Below, piece by piece: positions 1-12,822 of a stretch of 64,000 nt of DNA. Numbering within the stretch: position 1 is the first letter of the stretch; each line of letters opens with the position of its first letter. The position numbers and the translations under genes are program-made. The notes beneath the pieces were generated by a model. That model saw only the letters and a list, made by a program, of their open reading frames with translations. It was not told where the DNA came from and searched no databases. The stretch spans positions 1-64,000 of the forward strand of contig QPMI01000102.1 of the NCBI GenBank assembly GCA_004431415.1, written 5' to 3'. The DNA is from Cyanophora paradoxa CCMP329 (taxonomy: Eukaryota; Plantae; Glaucophyta).

Positions 1-1843
1 TTGTACTGGACCTGTCCGGATTCGAACCTACGTCCTTAGGGGGGGGGGTACAACGGCGAATGACGAACCATGACGCCCTCGGGGGCGGCCGCGCCGGCGT
101 CGGACCAGAGGGGTACTCGGACCTGCGGGGGAGGAGGCGGGGGGGGAGGTTCGAAGAAGAAGATAAAGGAGGAAGAGGCGGGTACGGGTTGTTCGGGGGA
201 GGTGGAGAGCAGGGCGAGCTGGACGGACGCCGCCGCCGCCTGCGGGAGGGGGGTACGGAGATCACTCGCCCGCGAGGGGTACGGGAAGGCGGGTACTAAG
301 ACGGGTACCTCGTGCGCGGACTCGTCGTCGTCCCGCCCCTGCGGATCGAATTTGTAAAAATTCGAAATTCGCAGGTTCGAGTCCGGCCGGGAGCGCGGCG
401 CACCGCCTGGGATAGCTTGCCGCGGACGAACGCCAGCGCGGCCCTGCGGGCGAGGGGGTACTTCGCGCCCTGGACACGAGGCGGAGGCGGGGGTACGCGA
501 TTGCTCCGCACCGGTAGGCGGCAATCGCGTCCCCCGCGTCGCAGCGGGCCGGGCCGCAGAGGACGGCGGCGGGGCGGGCGGGGGAAGAGAGGAGCTTGAG
601 GGCGAGGCCCAGGGAGGGGGGGAGGAGCTGGTCCGCCTGCCCCACGTACACGTACGCCTCCGACTGCGCCGAAAATCTAAGAATGCATCGAGCGGGTCGG
701 GCCAGCCGGAGGGCGGGGGGGGGGGGGGGGGGGGGGGGCTTCGTGCGCACGGGCCCGAGGGAGTGGAGGAGGCCTAGGAGGCGGGCGGAGTGGCTGGGGG
801 CCCCGTCGGGGCCGGCGAGCCTCAGGCGGGGGAACGGTCGTACCAGGCCCTGGGGGTACGGCTTCAGCGGGGGGGTGGGGGGTACGGGGAACCGGCAGGG
901 GGGTACGGGGCGCACGGCGGGGGGGCCGAGGGCGCCGGCCTCTAGGGCGGCCTCAAGGTCCAGTTCGAGGCCGTACCCCCCCTCCAGGGCGTACGGACAG
1001 GCGCGGAGGGCGCGGAGGACCTGCGCGGAGTCAAGGGGGGTACGGGCGTGGTGCGGAGGGTTACGAGGACCTCGGCGGTCGCCTCTGGGCACTCCCGCCG
1101 CTCGCACTCGATCCGAAAAATCGATTCGAACTCGCTGCGGCGAAACGGTCAAGGACGCGGCGGGGAGGGGTAGGGGGGTGGGGAGCAAGGGGGGCAGCGC
1201 ACAGGTCAGCGGGCGGGGGCGGAAGGGCGTCGGGGGCCCAGCGCAGGAGCGAGATGGGGCGGCTGGGCCGCGCGGTCCTCAGGAGGCCGCAGTGCAGGCG
1301 CGCCCACAGGAGCCGCCGCTGCTCGGACGCGTCTCCGCGCGCGGGCCCCGCCTCGCTCACCACAATGACGGTGGCCGCCATATGCATGCCTCCGTCCATA
1401 TCTGCAGCTGGCGCACCCGAAGGCGGTGGCGGCGGCTGCGAAGCGAGAGAGCGCTGCAGGAAGGCTCCGCGGTGCAGCCGCAGGTTGAGGTAGCCCCGGT
1501 CGAGCGACGCCGAGGCCAGCAGACGCTGCGCGGCCGAATTCGAATCTCGAGCCCAAGCGCGTGCGGGGGCGGGCGCCGAGCGGCACTGCGGCACCTCGCG
1601 CGCGCGGTCGGCTTCGAGCAGGCGCTCCGCGACGTCTCCCGCGGCCGCTCCGACGCGCGTGCACAGGTCGCTTGAAGCGGACTGCGCGCGCGGCTCGCGC
1701 ATGAGCGGAGCGCGCGGCGTGTGTGCGCATGGGCCGACACGGCGCGGTAGTACAGTAGTGCACACCGGCGGCGGCAGCTCCAGGTGATCGGGCGCGATGC
1801 CTGCGCCTTCGAGGAGCGCCCGCAAGGCGGACAGCGGGTCCAT
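1..1843 (-). CDS. DALR anticodon-binding domain protein (DALRD3-like / degenerate ArgRS-like), multi-exon, 3' end outside the window
   Basis: Exons join to give DRGYLNLRLHRGAFL (ArgRS N-terminal GFINF-like) and AAASVQLALLSTSPEQP-VRVPLWSDAGAAAPEGVM-VQYN, which resembles the DALRD3 segment leading into the DALR 'F/YxxYNxAR' motif. Confidence 0.55.
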
Positions 1844-1900
1844 TGGAGAAATCGTCGCCGCAGCCTAGCTATAGCTGCAATACATGGCCTGGCAAGTCCA

Positions 1901-3264
1901 ATGCTATACCCGGGGATGGTAAGTTGCTGTGTCTCTCGCACTTCTCGACGGACGCATGGCCACGGCCGATCTCCCGGCGAGACTTCCGCAGCGTGGGACG
2001 CATGCGCACTACGAATTCGAGAGCAAGCGGCAGTGTCTGGTAAGCTTAAGGCTGGCGAGCCGACCTGGTAAGTGTCTCTTGGAAGAAGCCCGGGACACAC
2101 CGACTGATCGGCATCCCTGCGGGGCGCAGATATGCGTCCTTTTATCGTCCAAGTGGCGCCTGCATCCAGGTTGTCCCTGCGGCCCGCCACCGCATGCGCA
2201 AGCGCCACGGATCTGCCGCCCGAACTTCTCGCACTGGTCTTTGCGAGCCTCTCGTCGCGGGAACGGACATCTGTCGCTGCTCTGGTTTGTCTCCATCTCG
2301 AGCAGCAGTCAACAGCTCGATTGGCTTTCCTCCGCCGGCCCGCGGCGCCCAATCGACCCGGCCCGGCCCCGCAGGTCTGTAGAACGTGGGCCGCCGTCGC
2401 GCTGGATCCGACTCTCAATCCCGAGTTCGGGACCATCTGGCTTCGTCTCCCTGAGCGGTGGCACGATTCCGACGACCTTGAGCAGGTGCGCGTGCGGCCG
2501 CCGGCGAAGCGGCCGGACGAGCATGCGAATTGCGACTGTTCGCGAGCCGCACCGGCAGGGCGAGTACCTGACCGCTCTCGAGCGCCTCGTGCGCGTGAGG
2601 CACCGCGGCGCGACGAGAACGCTGCACGTGACCCGCTGGGAGCTGCGCGGGGACGGCGAGCAGGAGGTCCAGGTCTTCTCCGGCCTCCTCTCCCTCTTCG
2701 CCAAGATCGAGCGGTGCGCCCCGCAATCAAATCTATCAAATCAAATCAAGGCAGAGTCTTGGCTCTAGATCTTGCAATTGAGCCCGCGGGCGCCGGCCGT
2801 GGGTCCTCCCTCGCGCCGTAACCCGGCCCTGACCATGACGTCACGCGGGAACCGCCGCAGCCTGTACCTCTACAAGTGCTTCAAGGCGTACAAGAAGCAG
2901 GACCGCGTCCTACAGCTCGTCTCCTGCTACTGCCCGGCCCTGAAATACCTCCAGGTACGATTTGATCCAATTTGATCCGGGCCTCCCCACATCCTAATTT
3001 GATCCGGGGCGCCCCGGCCCGGCCCGCAGTGGAGCGTCCTGCTCTACGACCCGAAGAACCTCCCGCGGGGCGCCGTCCTCCCGACCGTCAAGGAGGTCCG
3101 CCTAGGCCTGCCGAACAGAAGGCGCGGCGCCGGCCTGAGCCGTGGAGGGGTCGGCCGCGGCGCAGGTGCGGACGAGCCAGCTGCTCTCGCCGTGCGTGGC
3201 GGGAGAGACGACCCTGCGGGAGCTCCTCGAGGTCTTCCCCGGCCTCGCCCTCCTCAAGTCGTGA
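1901..3264 (+). CDS. F-box protein, multi-exon; start uncertain
   Basis: TDLPPELLALVFASLSSRERTSVAALVC|RTWAAVALDP is a classic F-box. Later exons are LRR-like (QLVSCYCPALKYLQ; LLEVFPGLALLKS*). Confidence 0.65.
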
Positions 3265-3833
3265 TCGCGAGCCCGCGATCGAGGTTCCGGAGAGGATGCG
3301 CATGCGCCGGCCCCCCTGCTCCCGATTGATCGCGAATCACTATGACGTAGTGTTGCGGCTGATCAGTAGAGCCGCGCCCTAGCTCTCTATCTGTTTATAG
3401 CTAGCTCCTCGGCTTCTATTCCGATCGCCGCGGCGCGCGATCGCGCCCGGCGGCCTAGTAGATTGATCGTTGACTTCCTTTGCTTGGTCATTGCGATAAA
3501 TTATGAATTATCTTGCTTATTTGTAGCCGTCGTCTAATGACGCATTCGATTTTCTGGAAACTCTGCACTCGACCTTCGCCGAGTCTTGCTATTGAGCGTA
3601 GCTGTTCGGTATTATACGTGAGATTGAAAGATCAAGACAGGGTTTCTGTCACACACTAGGACTAGAGTAAAAGGAGTCGGGCTGTCGCCCCTGTGGTATA
3701 CGGTTACGAGCTGGCAAGAGTCGGCATCGATATCGATACAGGCTCTGAAGTTTTAACGACTTTTCACGTTGGAGGCCGGCGGCTGGGAGCGGGAGCGGCC
3801 GGCCGGGAGGGCGGAGCGTGCCGGCGGCGGGGC

Positions 3834-6800
3834 TCACGAGTAGGTGCGGGAGGCGATCGAGACGAGGGCCTCCCATGCGGGGGGGATGGAGACGATGATC
3901 ACCGAGAGCACCGCGATCAGCGCGAAGGTCACCTGAGGGGGGGGGGGGGGAAGGGGAGTGTGTGGGGGGGTACAGGGGCCGAAGGAACGCACAGCGGCGA
4001 TGCCGGCGGCGGTGGGCGAGTCGGCCATCAGCGCGCTCGTTCCGAGGCCTGCGCGGGAGAGGGCGCCGGCTCGTCGGGGGCCGGCCTAGACTGTACCCCC
4101 GGGAGGGGAGGGCTGTATGTACCCTGGCAGGCGACGCCGACGGCGACCCCGCGGGCGACGACGTTGTTGATGCGGAGAAGGTTGAAGATCTTCAGGTTCA
4201 CCGCCGCCCCGATGATCCTGCGGCCGAGGTGCGCGCGCGCGGCCCGCTCGCCGGGCGGCCACGGAGGGCGGAGAGGGGGGGGGGAGAGGGGGGGGGGGGG
4301 GGGGAGGGGGCACCCGTTGACGACGATGAGGGTGGAGGTGATGGAGACGTCGAGGCCGAGCGTGCGCGCCGTCGGGATGGCCGCGGGCGCCGCGATCACG
4401 CGCAGAATGCTGCGCGAGGGCGCCTAAGAGGGGGGAGGGGGAGGGGGGGGGTAGGGCCGCACATCGGCTTGCCGAACTGGGGCCCTATGGAGAAGAGCGC
4501 CGCGATGGCCGCCGAGTAGAAGAGGCCGCACACCGACGCCAGCACGATCATCAGGCCCTGCCCCGGCGTGAGCGGGGGCCGCGGGAGCGCTCCAGCGCGC
4601 GCGCGTTGGAGGGGGTACCATGTCCATCCAGTGCTGGCGGAGGAGCATGCGGGAGGAGAAGAGCTGGGTGGGAGGAGTCGGCCGGGGGCTAGAGGGAGCA
4701 AGGGGGAAGCGGGGACGGGTACTTTGAAAGAAAGGGACATGATGGCGGGGGCGAGCAGCTCCTGCGACCGCGGTTCGAATCCGGACGACGCCGAAGCGTG
4801 AAGAGGGGGGGAGGGAGGAAGAGGGGTACCTGTGCGAGGTCGCCGGCGCCCGGGGAGCGCGGATTGTTCCAGCCGAGCGTCTCCAGTACCCGGTACCGCT
4901 TCAGGGCCTCCTCGTTGAATCGCCCGTTCGTCCCGGGGAAGCTAGGGGGGTACGGTATTAGGAGCCGGAAAGGGGGAGGAGCGGTTTGAAACGCACGTGA
5001 AGCCGATGATGATGCACGTCATGGTGCTCGCCGTCGCGAGAGGGTGCTGCGGAGGGGGAACGTACGTCGGAGAGAGAGAGGGGGGGGGGGGGGAGAGAGA
5101 GAGAGGAGAGGGAGAGAGAGGGGGAGAGAGAGATGGGGGTACGCACCATGACCTGGATGACGTCGCTCCAGGGGGGGCGCTTCGTGCAGGTCCAGAACAT
5201 CTGGGGGGTACAGGGTTGCGGGAAAATCAAACAACATCAGGGAAAGTAAGACGGGCGCGCACGAAGCCGAGGCAGTACATGCAGCAGAGGACGCAGAGGT
5301 GGTAGAAGCAGAGCATGCGCGCGCCGTACTCCCCGTTGATGTCCATGCTCTACCCGGGAGCGTTATCGGTAGCTGGGAGGCGTGGCGGGGTACGGGTCGC
5401 ACCTGGACGGCGAGGCCGCTGATGAGGGCGCCGACGCCCCAGAGGATGGGGTACATGGGGTCCACTTTGGGAGAGCCCGACGCGGAAAGGTTCGAGGGCA
5501 TCGGGAGCTTCAATATCTTCCAGGGGGAAAGGGAGGTTAGGAAAAGGCGCCCGGCTGGATTCGAATCCCGGACCTTGTTCATCCATATGACGAGGTAGGC
5601 GGACCCGAGGAGGGCCGTGATCCAACCTGCGCTTCCCGCGTTCGGATCCCGCCCGGGGCCTTGTGATGTAAAATTCGAAGCCTCGTACCCAGAAGGTTGT
5701 TGAAGATGACTTTGGCGAACTCGGCGCCCTGCACCGTAGCCCGTGAGAGGGGATATGGGATAGGCCGCCACCGGAGGGGGGAGGGGGGGGGGAGGAGGGG
5801 GAGGGGCTACGCGCGCATACCTGGGGGATGGCGGAGAGGGGGAGGCGGACGACGGGGGTAGTGTAGAAGAACGGGAACCACTTGCCTGCGGGGAGGGGTG
5901 CGCTCTCAGCCGCCGAGCGTGGGGTACAGCGTCCGAGGGGGTACGGCTCCGAGGCGCACCGAGGAAGGCGAGGGCGGGGGTCATGAATTTTACGATGTGC
6001 GCTGTGGGGGTGCACCGCCCGATCAGTCGAAAGCCGGGCGACGAGGGCCCGATGAGGGGTACGGCGGAGGCGCACTGTCGAGAGTGCGCCAGCCCGCGGC
6101 TTGCGCGGCGGAAGCCGCAGCGGCTTGGGTGGAGGCGGTTCTCCGCAGAGCCGCGCCGGCGGCCGCCCCGCCCGGCGCCCCGCTCGCCAGCTGCTCCTTA
6201 CCGTTGCCGTCGGCGGCAACCGCTACGGCGCCCGGCGGGTCCGCGATACCCCCCGTCTTCATCTCCACGGCCGGCGGCAGCGCGAGTGGCGGCGGGGCCT
6301 TCGGTTCGACCTGCGCGCCCCGTCCGTCAGAAACGAAGGGGGAAAGGGAGGGGGTGGTGGTGGTGGTGGTGGTGGTGGGGGGGGGGGGGGGGGGGGGGGG
6401 GCGGGGGGGCGGCGACGGGCGGGCACCTTGTCCATCTTGCCGAGCTTGAACAGCGCGAACTCACGCTCCTCCTCCTCCTCGTCCGCGGCCTGCGGGGGGT
6501 ACTCAGCGCTGTAGAGGGGGGGGGAAGCGGAAGGGGGTAGTGCCTTCATGGGGTCCTTGGCCATCTGGACCTTGATCGTGACTGCGGGGGGCGCGGCTCG
6601 GGACCGGAGAACGAGGGAAGCAAGGAAAGGCGGAGGCGCACTCTTGATCGGCCTTAGGCGGAGAAAGGAGATTCCGATGAGGAAAATGAAAATGGCGAGG
6701 AGGGCCGCTACGTTCGACGGAAACTTGATCCCGATCTGACGGCCGACGGACCGCAGGTCGGCGGGAACAGCCGGGACAAACCGCACGCCCGCTAGAGTAG

Positions 6801-9800
6801 CTAGTCCGCACGCCCGCTAGAGTAGCTAGGGTCGGCAGGAGCGCCCGGGGTACAGCGGGCAGGGGCGCACGGCGTTGAAGACGGCGTCGATGGCCTTGTC
6901 GATGGCGATCAGCGCCCCGATCCCCGCGCACGTCTGCGCGGCCTCTGTCGTGCGGGGCGCGGCGGAGCGGGCGGCGGGGCGGCGCTCAGGACGGGGGGCA
7001 CCTGCAGGAGCCACTTTGTGTAGCCGACCACCATCTTCTTCGTCGGCTGCGGGGGAGAAGAGCGGCGGCGCGTCTGGCCCCCCTTGCCGCGGGCCCGGGT
7101 GGGCGGCGGGTTTCAAGTTCTTCTCACCCTGTACTCCTCCAGGGCGTCGATGACGTCGTCCTTCCTGCGGGCCCCCGCGGGTTCGAATCCGGCGGGGGGA
7201 GGCGGCGGGGGGGTACGGGACGCCGCACCAGGAGCGGTCCCGGAAGTGCTTGCGCAGGCGGCTCTGCGGGCCCGCCTCGTTCATCAGGCCGGGCTTGGGA
7301 AAGAGGCGGCGGGGTGCACGGCACCGCGTCCGACATGCCGAGCTGGACGTCGGCGGGGCGGACGGCCGCCGCCGCCTCGGGCGCCGGCTCCTCCGTCGGG
7401 TCGGTCTGGGGGCCGCGTGAGCCGCGGGCGGGCGGAGGCGGCCCGGGCGGCGGGGGGCGGGGCGGGGCGGGCCTTGTCGATCGCGACGCCGAGGCGCCCG
7501 GCGATGCGGTCGCGCTGCGTGCGGAACATGCCGCCGGCGCTGAGGCGCTCGGCCCACGAGCGCCGCCCCAGGCCCTCCTCCGCCGCCCCGTAGTCCGCTG
7601 CCGGCCCCTCAGACGAGGCGGGCGGCGCGGGGCCCCCGCAGCAGGTGCGAGGAGGGGCGCACGGGAGCCCATCGCGACCATCGAGAAGTACCCGCCGCAG
7701 GCGACCGTCTGCACCGAGACCGTCGCGAAGTGCGACGGCCGCGTCGGCCGCCGGTACCGCTTCGCGTCCGCGTCGCCCAGCTGCCCGCCGAGCCGCGGAT
7801 CAGATGCGGGCCGGGCCGGGCCAGGCGGGGCCGGGCCGGGCGGGGCACCTGGCCGTGCTCGTTCTCGCCCCAGACCCACAGGCCGCCTTTCTCGTCCACG
7901 GCCATCGCGTGCTCCAGCCCGAACGAGAGGTACCTGCACCCCCGTGAGGCGGCGGAGGGGTGGGGTGGGGGTACCGCCCCGCACCGCACGGGCGCCTCGC
8001 CCGGGCCGCCGACGGCGACGCGCACGGGCCGCAGCTCGTCGTGGCTCGTGCCCGTGCCTGCCGGGGGCGCGCCGTCAAGAGGCGCCCCGGGGTACGGCGC
8101 GGGACCGGGTCGGGAGACGTACCCAGGACGAAGGACGAGCCGGAGCCCGTCATGAACAAGCTCCCGTCGTCTGCGGGCACGTGACGGGGGGGGGGGGGGG
8201 GCGGGGCGGCGGGTGGGCGGGGGCGGACCGGAGAGGAGGCCGGTGCAGAGCGTGCCGCACTTGACGTACGCGACGGAGACGCCCTCAAGGCCCACCATCT
8301 CCGCCGGCAGGCGCTGCGGCGCCGTTTCGGCGCGTGGCGCCGGCGCGGGGGCGGGGCCGGGGGCACACGGCCCGCCGGGCCGCACCTGCAGGCTGCGGCT
8401 CCCGATGCCGAGCTGCCCCCGCGAGTTGTCCCCCTGGGCGGCGCGCGTGAGGGGTGGCTCGGGGGCGGGGCAAGCGCCGCCGCGCACCCACGCGTAGACC
8501 ACCGTGCCCGTGGCGCGCCGCGCCAGCGCCGCCGAGTGCTCGAACCCGCAGCTGATGTCGAGAACCTGCCCGGCGCCGGCAGATCGGCGCCGCCCCCAAG
8601 GGTTGCCCTCCTGCGCGGGAGGGGGTACCTTGATCCCGGAGAGGGCCTCGACGAGCGTCGGCTCCTCGACGTTCTTCCGGTCGCCGTGCCCCAGCTGCGC
8701 CCCGGCCGGGGCGCGTCGGTGCCGCCCCGGCGCGCCGCCCTCCCCCGGGGTCGCCTCGGCCGCGCACCTGGCCCGTGCCGCCGGAACCCCACGAGTAGAC
8801 CTCACCCCGCGCTGCAGCGCGCGTCGGATGGAACAGACGAGAGCACGCGGCGCAGTGCGGAAAGGACGGTCGTCACCGGTGAGGGCGAGGCAGTGGACGG
8901 AGCCGACGGCGTCTCCGGGGCGCTTGCTGCAGGAAATCTTGACGACGCCCTTGCCCGTGAGCTTCGGCACGATCTGCGGCGCCCACTGGTTGCCCGACTT
9001 GTCCGAACCGAGCCCGAGCTGGTGCTGGTCGCTGCGCGGCCGCTCAGCGTGTCCAGATCAAATTTGACCGACCCGCTCACTTGGCGCCGAAGGCCCACAC
9101 GCAACCGGAGAGGCTGATGCACATCGTGAAGAAGGAGCCTGCCTGGATGTAGCAGACGCGGTCGTGCGCTAGGCCCGCCACGCGCCGCGGCGACGAGTAG
9201 TTCAGCGAGATAGAGGCCCCCTGGTGGCCGCTGCGGGAGCTCGCGTCGGGCGCAGCGGCAAGGGCGCACGCGTCTGCACGCCTTACCATTGTCCCTGAGC
9301 GCTGTCTCCCCATGTGAAGACCGACCCTTCCTCGGTCAGGGCGACCGCGTGCTAAGATATATGAGCCACGCGGGGGAGCGCGCGCGCGCAGGCAGGCGGT
9401 TTCACCAGCGTTCCGGCCGTGACATGAACAATGCGTCGCGTGGCCAGCACCGGGATCACGTAGGGAACTGGCACCGAGTGCTGGTGACCCAAACCTGCGA
9501 GAAAGCTCGTCCATGAGATCAACAGTTCGTGCTGGAGCGAGCTGCCGCGCGCACCGAGCTGGCTGAAAGTATTGGCTGCGCGAGCGAACGCAAAAAAGCA
9601 GCGGCGTCAGCGAAAGGCTCACGGCGCTCACACGAATCGACATCGCACCTCCAAAGGAGACCACATCTGCGGGAATGGCGAGTGAGCGAACTGCATCCAA
9701 CGGGGAAAGCTAGCTCGCACCTCCAGGCTCGGCGAGATTCACGTCGATGAGCTGCGCGCCGTCGCTCGTCCGAGATTTCGCCTTCTCTTCGTTCGCCGAG

Positions 9801-9934
9801 AAGCGGCGCAGACCTGCGGCCGGGCTGCCAGGAGAACTTAAACCAGGTGTTGCTGAGCTTCGAGTTCTGCCGAGGCTGCCGGCGTGGCTGTGGGCTTGGT
9901 TGATGCTCGGATCGGCGGAAGGTGTTCCTGACAT
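3834..9934 (-). CDS. RCC1-repeat + LrgA/LrgB (PLGG1-like) membrane transporter fusion
   Basis: RCC1 motifs: IQAGSFFT, KISC..GSVHCLALT, GQLGHGD, DISCGFEHSAAL, GDNSRGQLGIG, SFGLEHAMAVDEKGGLWVWGENEHGQ-LG, VACGGYFS. In-frame linker exons lead to PLGG1-like motifs: IAIDKAI..GIKFPS, KFMTPALAFLG-KWFPFFYTTPVVRLPL, PGAGDL, IIGAAVNLKIFNLLRINNVVARGVAVGVACQG, VTFALIAVLSVIIVSIPP. Confidence 0.75.
6781..6829. repeat. Tandem duplication (25-bp period) in an intron
   Basis: CCGCACGCCCGCTAGAGTAGCTAG occurs twice in direct succession. Confidence 0.85.
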
Positions 9935-10253
9935 GGTCAGTAGCTAGAAAAGAGCTGCGCTACGCACATCATTCAGCTTCGCGTTTGGCGCCGCTTCGCG
10001 CGCGGCGGGCCGGTCGTTGGACTGGGGTACAGCGGTATTGCTGGAAGCCCTTCCCGACAAAGCTCGAACGCACAATGATTCGCTTTAGCCTCTAGCCTGC
10101 AACCGGGAACAGCGGCTTGATGCGCGACCTTCCCGTTCTTTCCGCATCCTTGCAGTCAAACGCTGTGGACGTTGGCGACGCCGCCCGTGGCCGCCCGCGC
10201 ACGTGCCCCGGATCGAGCTCGCCGCGAAATGCGCATGCGCTGATCATAAGGGT

Positions 10254-12822
10254 GCCGCGCGGCGACCAGCACTAACTCGGACTCGGGCCGGACAAGTCGG
10301 GCAACCAGTGGGCGCCGCAGATCGTGCCGAAGCTCACGGGCAAGGGCAACGTCAAGATTTCCTGCAGCAAGCGCCCCGGAGACGCCGTCGGCTCCGTCCA
10401 CTGCCTCGCCCTCACCGGTGACGACCGTCCTTTCCGCACTGCGCCGCGTGCTCTCGTCTGTTCCATCCGACGCGCGCTGCAGCGCGGGGTGAGGTCTACT
10501 CGTGGGGTTCCGGCGGCACGGGCCAGGTGCGCGGCCGAGGCGACCCCGGGGGAGGGCGGCGCGCCGGGGCGGCACCGACGCGCCCCGGCCGGGGCGCAGC
10601 TGGGGCACGGCGACCGGAAGAACGTCGAGGAGCCGACGCTCGTCGAGGCCCTCTCCGGGATCAAGGTACCCCCTCCCGCGCAGGAGGGCAACCCTTGGGG
10701 CCGGCGCCGATCTGCCGGCGCCGGGCAGGTTCTCGACATCAGCTGCGGGTTCGAGCACTCGGCGGCGCTGGCGCGGCGCGCCACGGGCACGGTGGTCTAC
10801 GCGTGGGTGCGCGGCGGCGCTTGCCCCGCCCCCGAGCCACCCCTCACGCGCGCCGCCCAGGGGGACAACTCGCGGGGGCAGCTCGGCATCGGGAGCCGCA
10901 GCCTGCAGGTGCGGCCCGGCGGCCGTGTGCCCCCGGCCCCGCCCCGCGCCGGCGCCACGCGCCGAAACGGCGCCGCAGCGCCTGCCGGCGGAGATGGTGG
11001 GCCTTGAGGGCGTCTCCGTCGCGTACGTCAAGTGCGGCACGCTCTGCACCGGCCTCCTCTCCGGTCCGCCCCCGCCCACCCGCCGCCCCGCCCCCCCCCC
11101 CCACCCGTCACGTGCCCGCAGACGACGGGAGCTTGTTCATGACGGGCTCCGGCTCGTCCTTCGTCCTGGGTACGTCTCCCGACCCGGTCCCGCGCCGTAC
11201 CCCGGGGCGCCTCTTGACGGCGCGCCCCCGGCAGGCACGGGCACGAGCCACGACGAGCTGCGGCCCGTGCGCGTCGCCGTCGGCGGCCCCGGCGAGGCGC
11301 CCGTGCGGTGCGGGGCGGTACCCCCCTCACCTCCGCCGCCTCACGGGGGTGCAGGTACCTCTCGTTCGGGCTGGAGCACGCGATGGCCGTGGACGAGAAA
11401 GGCGGCCTGTGGGTCTGGGGCGAGAACGAGCACGGCCAGGTGCCCATCCCACTGCTCGGCCCGCCCGGGCCCGGCCCGCATCTGATCCGCGGCGCGCGGC
11501 GGGCAGCTGGGCGACGCGGACGCGAAGCGGTACCGGCGGCCGACGCGGCCGTCGCACTTCGCGACGGTCTCGGTGCAGACGGTCGCCTGCGGCGGGTACT
11601 TCTCGATGGTCGCGATGGGCTCCCGTGCGCCCCTCCTCGCACCTGCTGCGGGGGCCCCGCGCCGCCCGCCTCGTCTGAGGGGCCGGCAGCGGACTACGGG
11701 GCGGCGGAGGAGGGCCTGGGGCGGCGCTCGTGGGCCGAGCGCCTCAGCGCCGGCGGCATGTTCCGCACGCAGCGCGACCGCATCGCCGGGCGCCTCGGCG
11801 TCGCGATCGACAAGGCCCGCCCCGCCCCGCCCCCCGCCGCCCGGGCCGCCTCCGCCCGCCCGCGGCTCACGCGGCCCCCCAGACCGACCCGACGGAGGAG
11901 CCGGCGCCCGAGGCGGCGGCCGCCGTCCGCCCCGCCGACGTCCAGCTCGGCATGTCGGACGCGGTGCCGTGCACCCCGCCGCCTCTTTCCCAAGCCCGGC
12001 CTGATGAACGAGGCGGGCCCGCAGAGCCGCCTGCGCAAGCACTTCCGGGACCGCTCCTGGTGCGGCGTCCCGTACCCCCCCGCCGCCTCCCCCCGCCGGA
12101 TTCGAACCCGCGGGGGCCCGCAGGAAGGACGACGTCATCGACGCCCTGGAGGAGTACAGGGTGAGAAGAACTTGAAACCCGCCGCCCACCCGGGCCCGCG
12201 GCAAGGGGGCCAGACGCGCCGCCGCTCTTCTCCCCCGCAGCCGACGAAGAAGATGGTGGTCGGTTACGTCGAGTGGCTCCTGCAGGTGCCTGCCGGCCCG
12301 CCTCCACTCGCCCCGCCCCGCCCCGCCCCGCCCTGCCCACCGGTCGAGGAGCGCGCAGACGTGCGTGGGGATCGGGGCGCCGATCGCCATCGACAAGACC
12401 ATGTACCCGGCCGACCCCTCCGCGGTACGGCCCGCCCCCGCAGGATCATCGGGGCGGCGATGAACCTGAAGATCTTCAACCTGCTCCGCATCAACAACGT
12501 CGTCGCCCGCGGCGTCGCCGTCGGGGTCGCCTGCCAGGGTACAACCCTCCCCTCCCGGGGGTACAGTCTAGGCCGGGCCGGACCGAGCCGACGCCCTCGC
12601 TCGCGCAGGCCTCGGGACGAGCGCGCTGATGGCCGACTCGCCCACCGCCGCCGGCATCGCCGCCGTGCGTTCCTTCGGCCCCTGTACCCCCTCCACACAC
12701 TCCCCCTTACCCCCCCCCCTCAGGTGACCTTCGCGCTGATCGCGGTGCTCTCGGTCATCATCGTCTCCATCCCCCCCGCCTGGGAGGCCCTCGTCTCCAT
12801 CGCCTCCCGCACCTACTCGTGA
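10254..12822 (+). pseudogene. Inverted, 5'-truncated and internally deleted copy of the RCC1-LrgAB gene
   Basis: 10254-~12398 is a near-identical reverse complement of ~9040-6893, introns included. ~12440-12830 matches ~4222-3825. The ~2.7 kb carrying most transmembrane exons is absent. Confidence 0.75.

Noticed and set aside
7600-9700. UVR8 photoreceptor
   Set aside because: The RCC1 repeats lack the GWRHT tryptophan triad.
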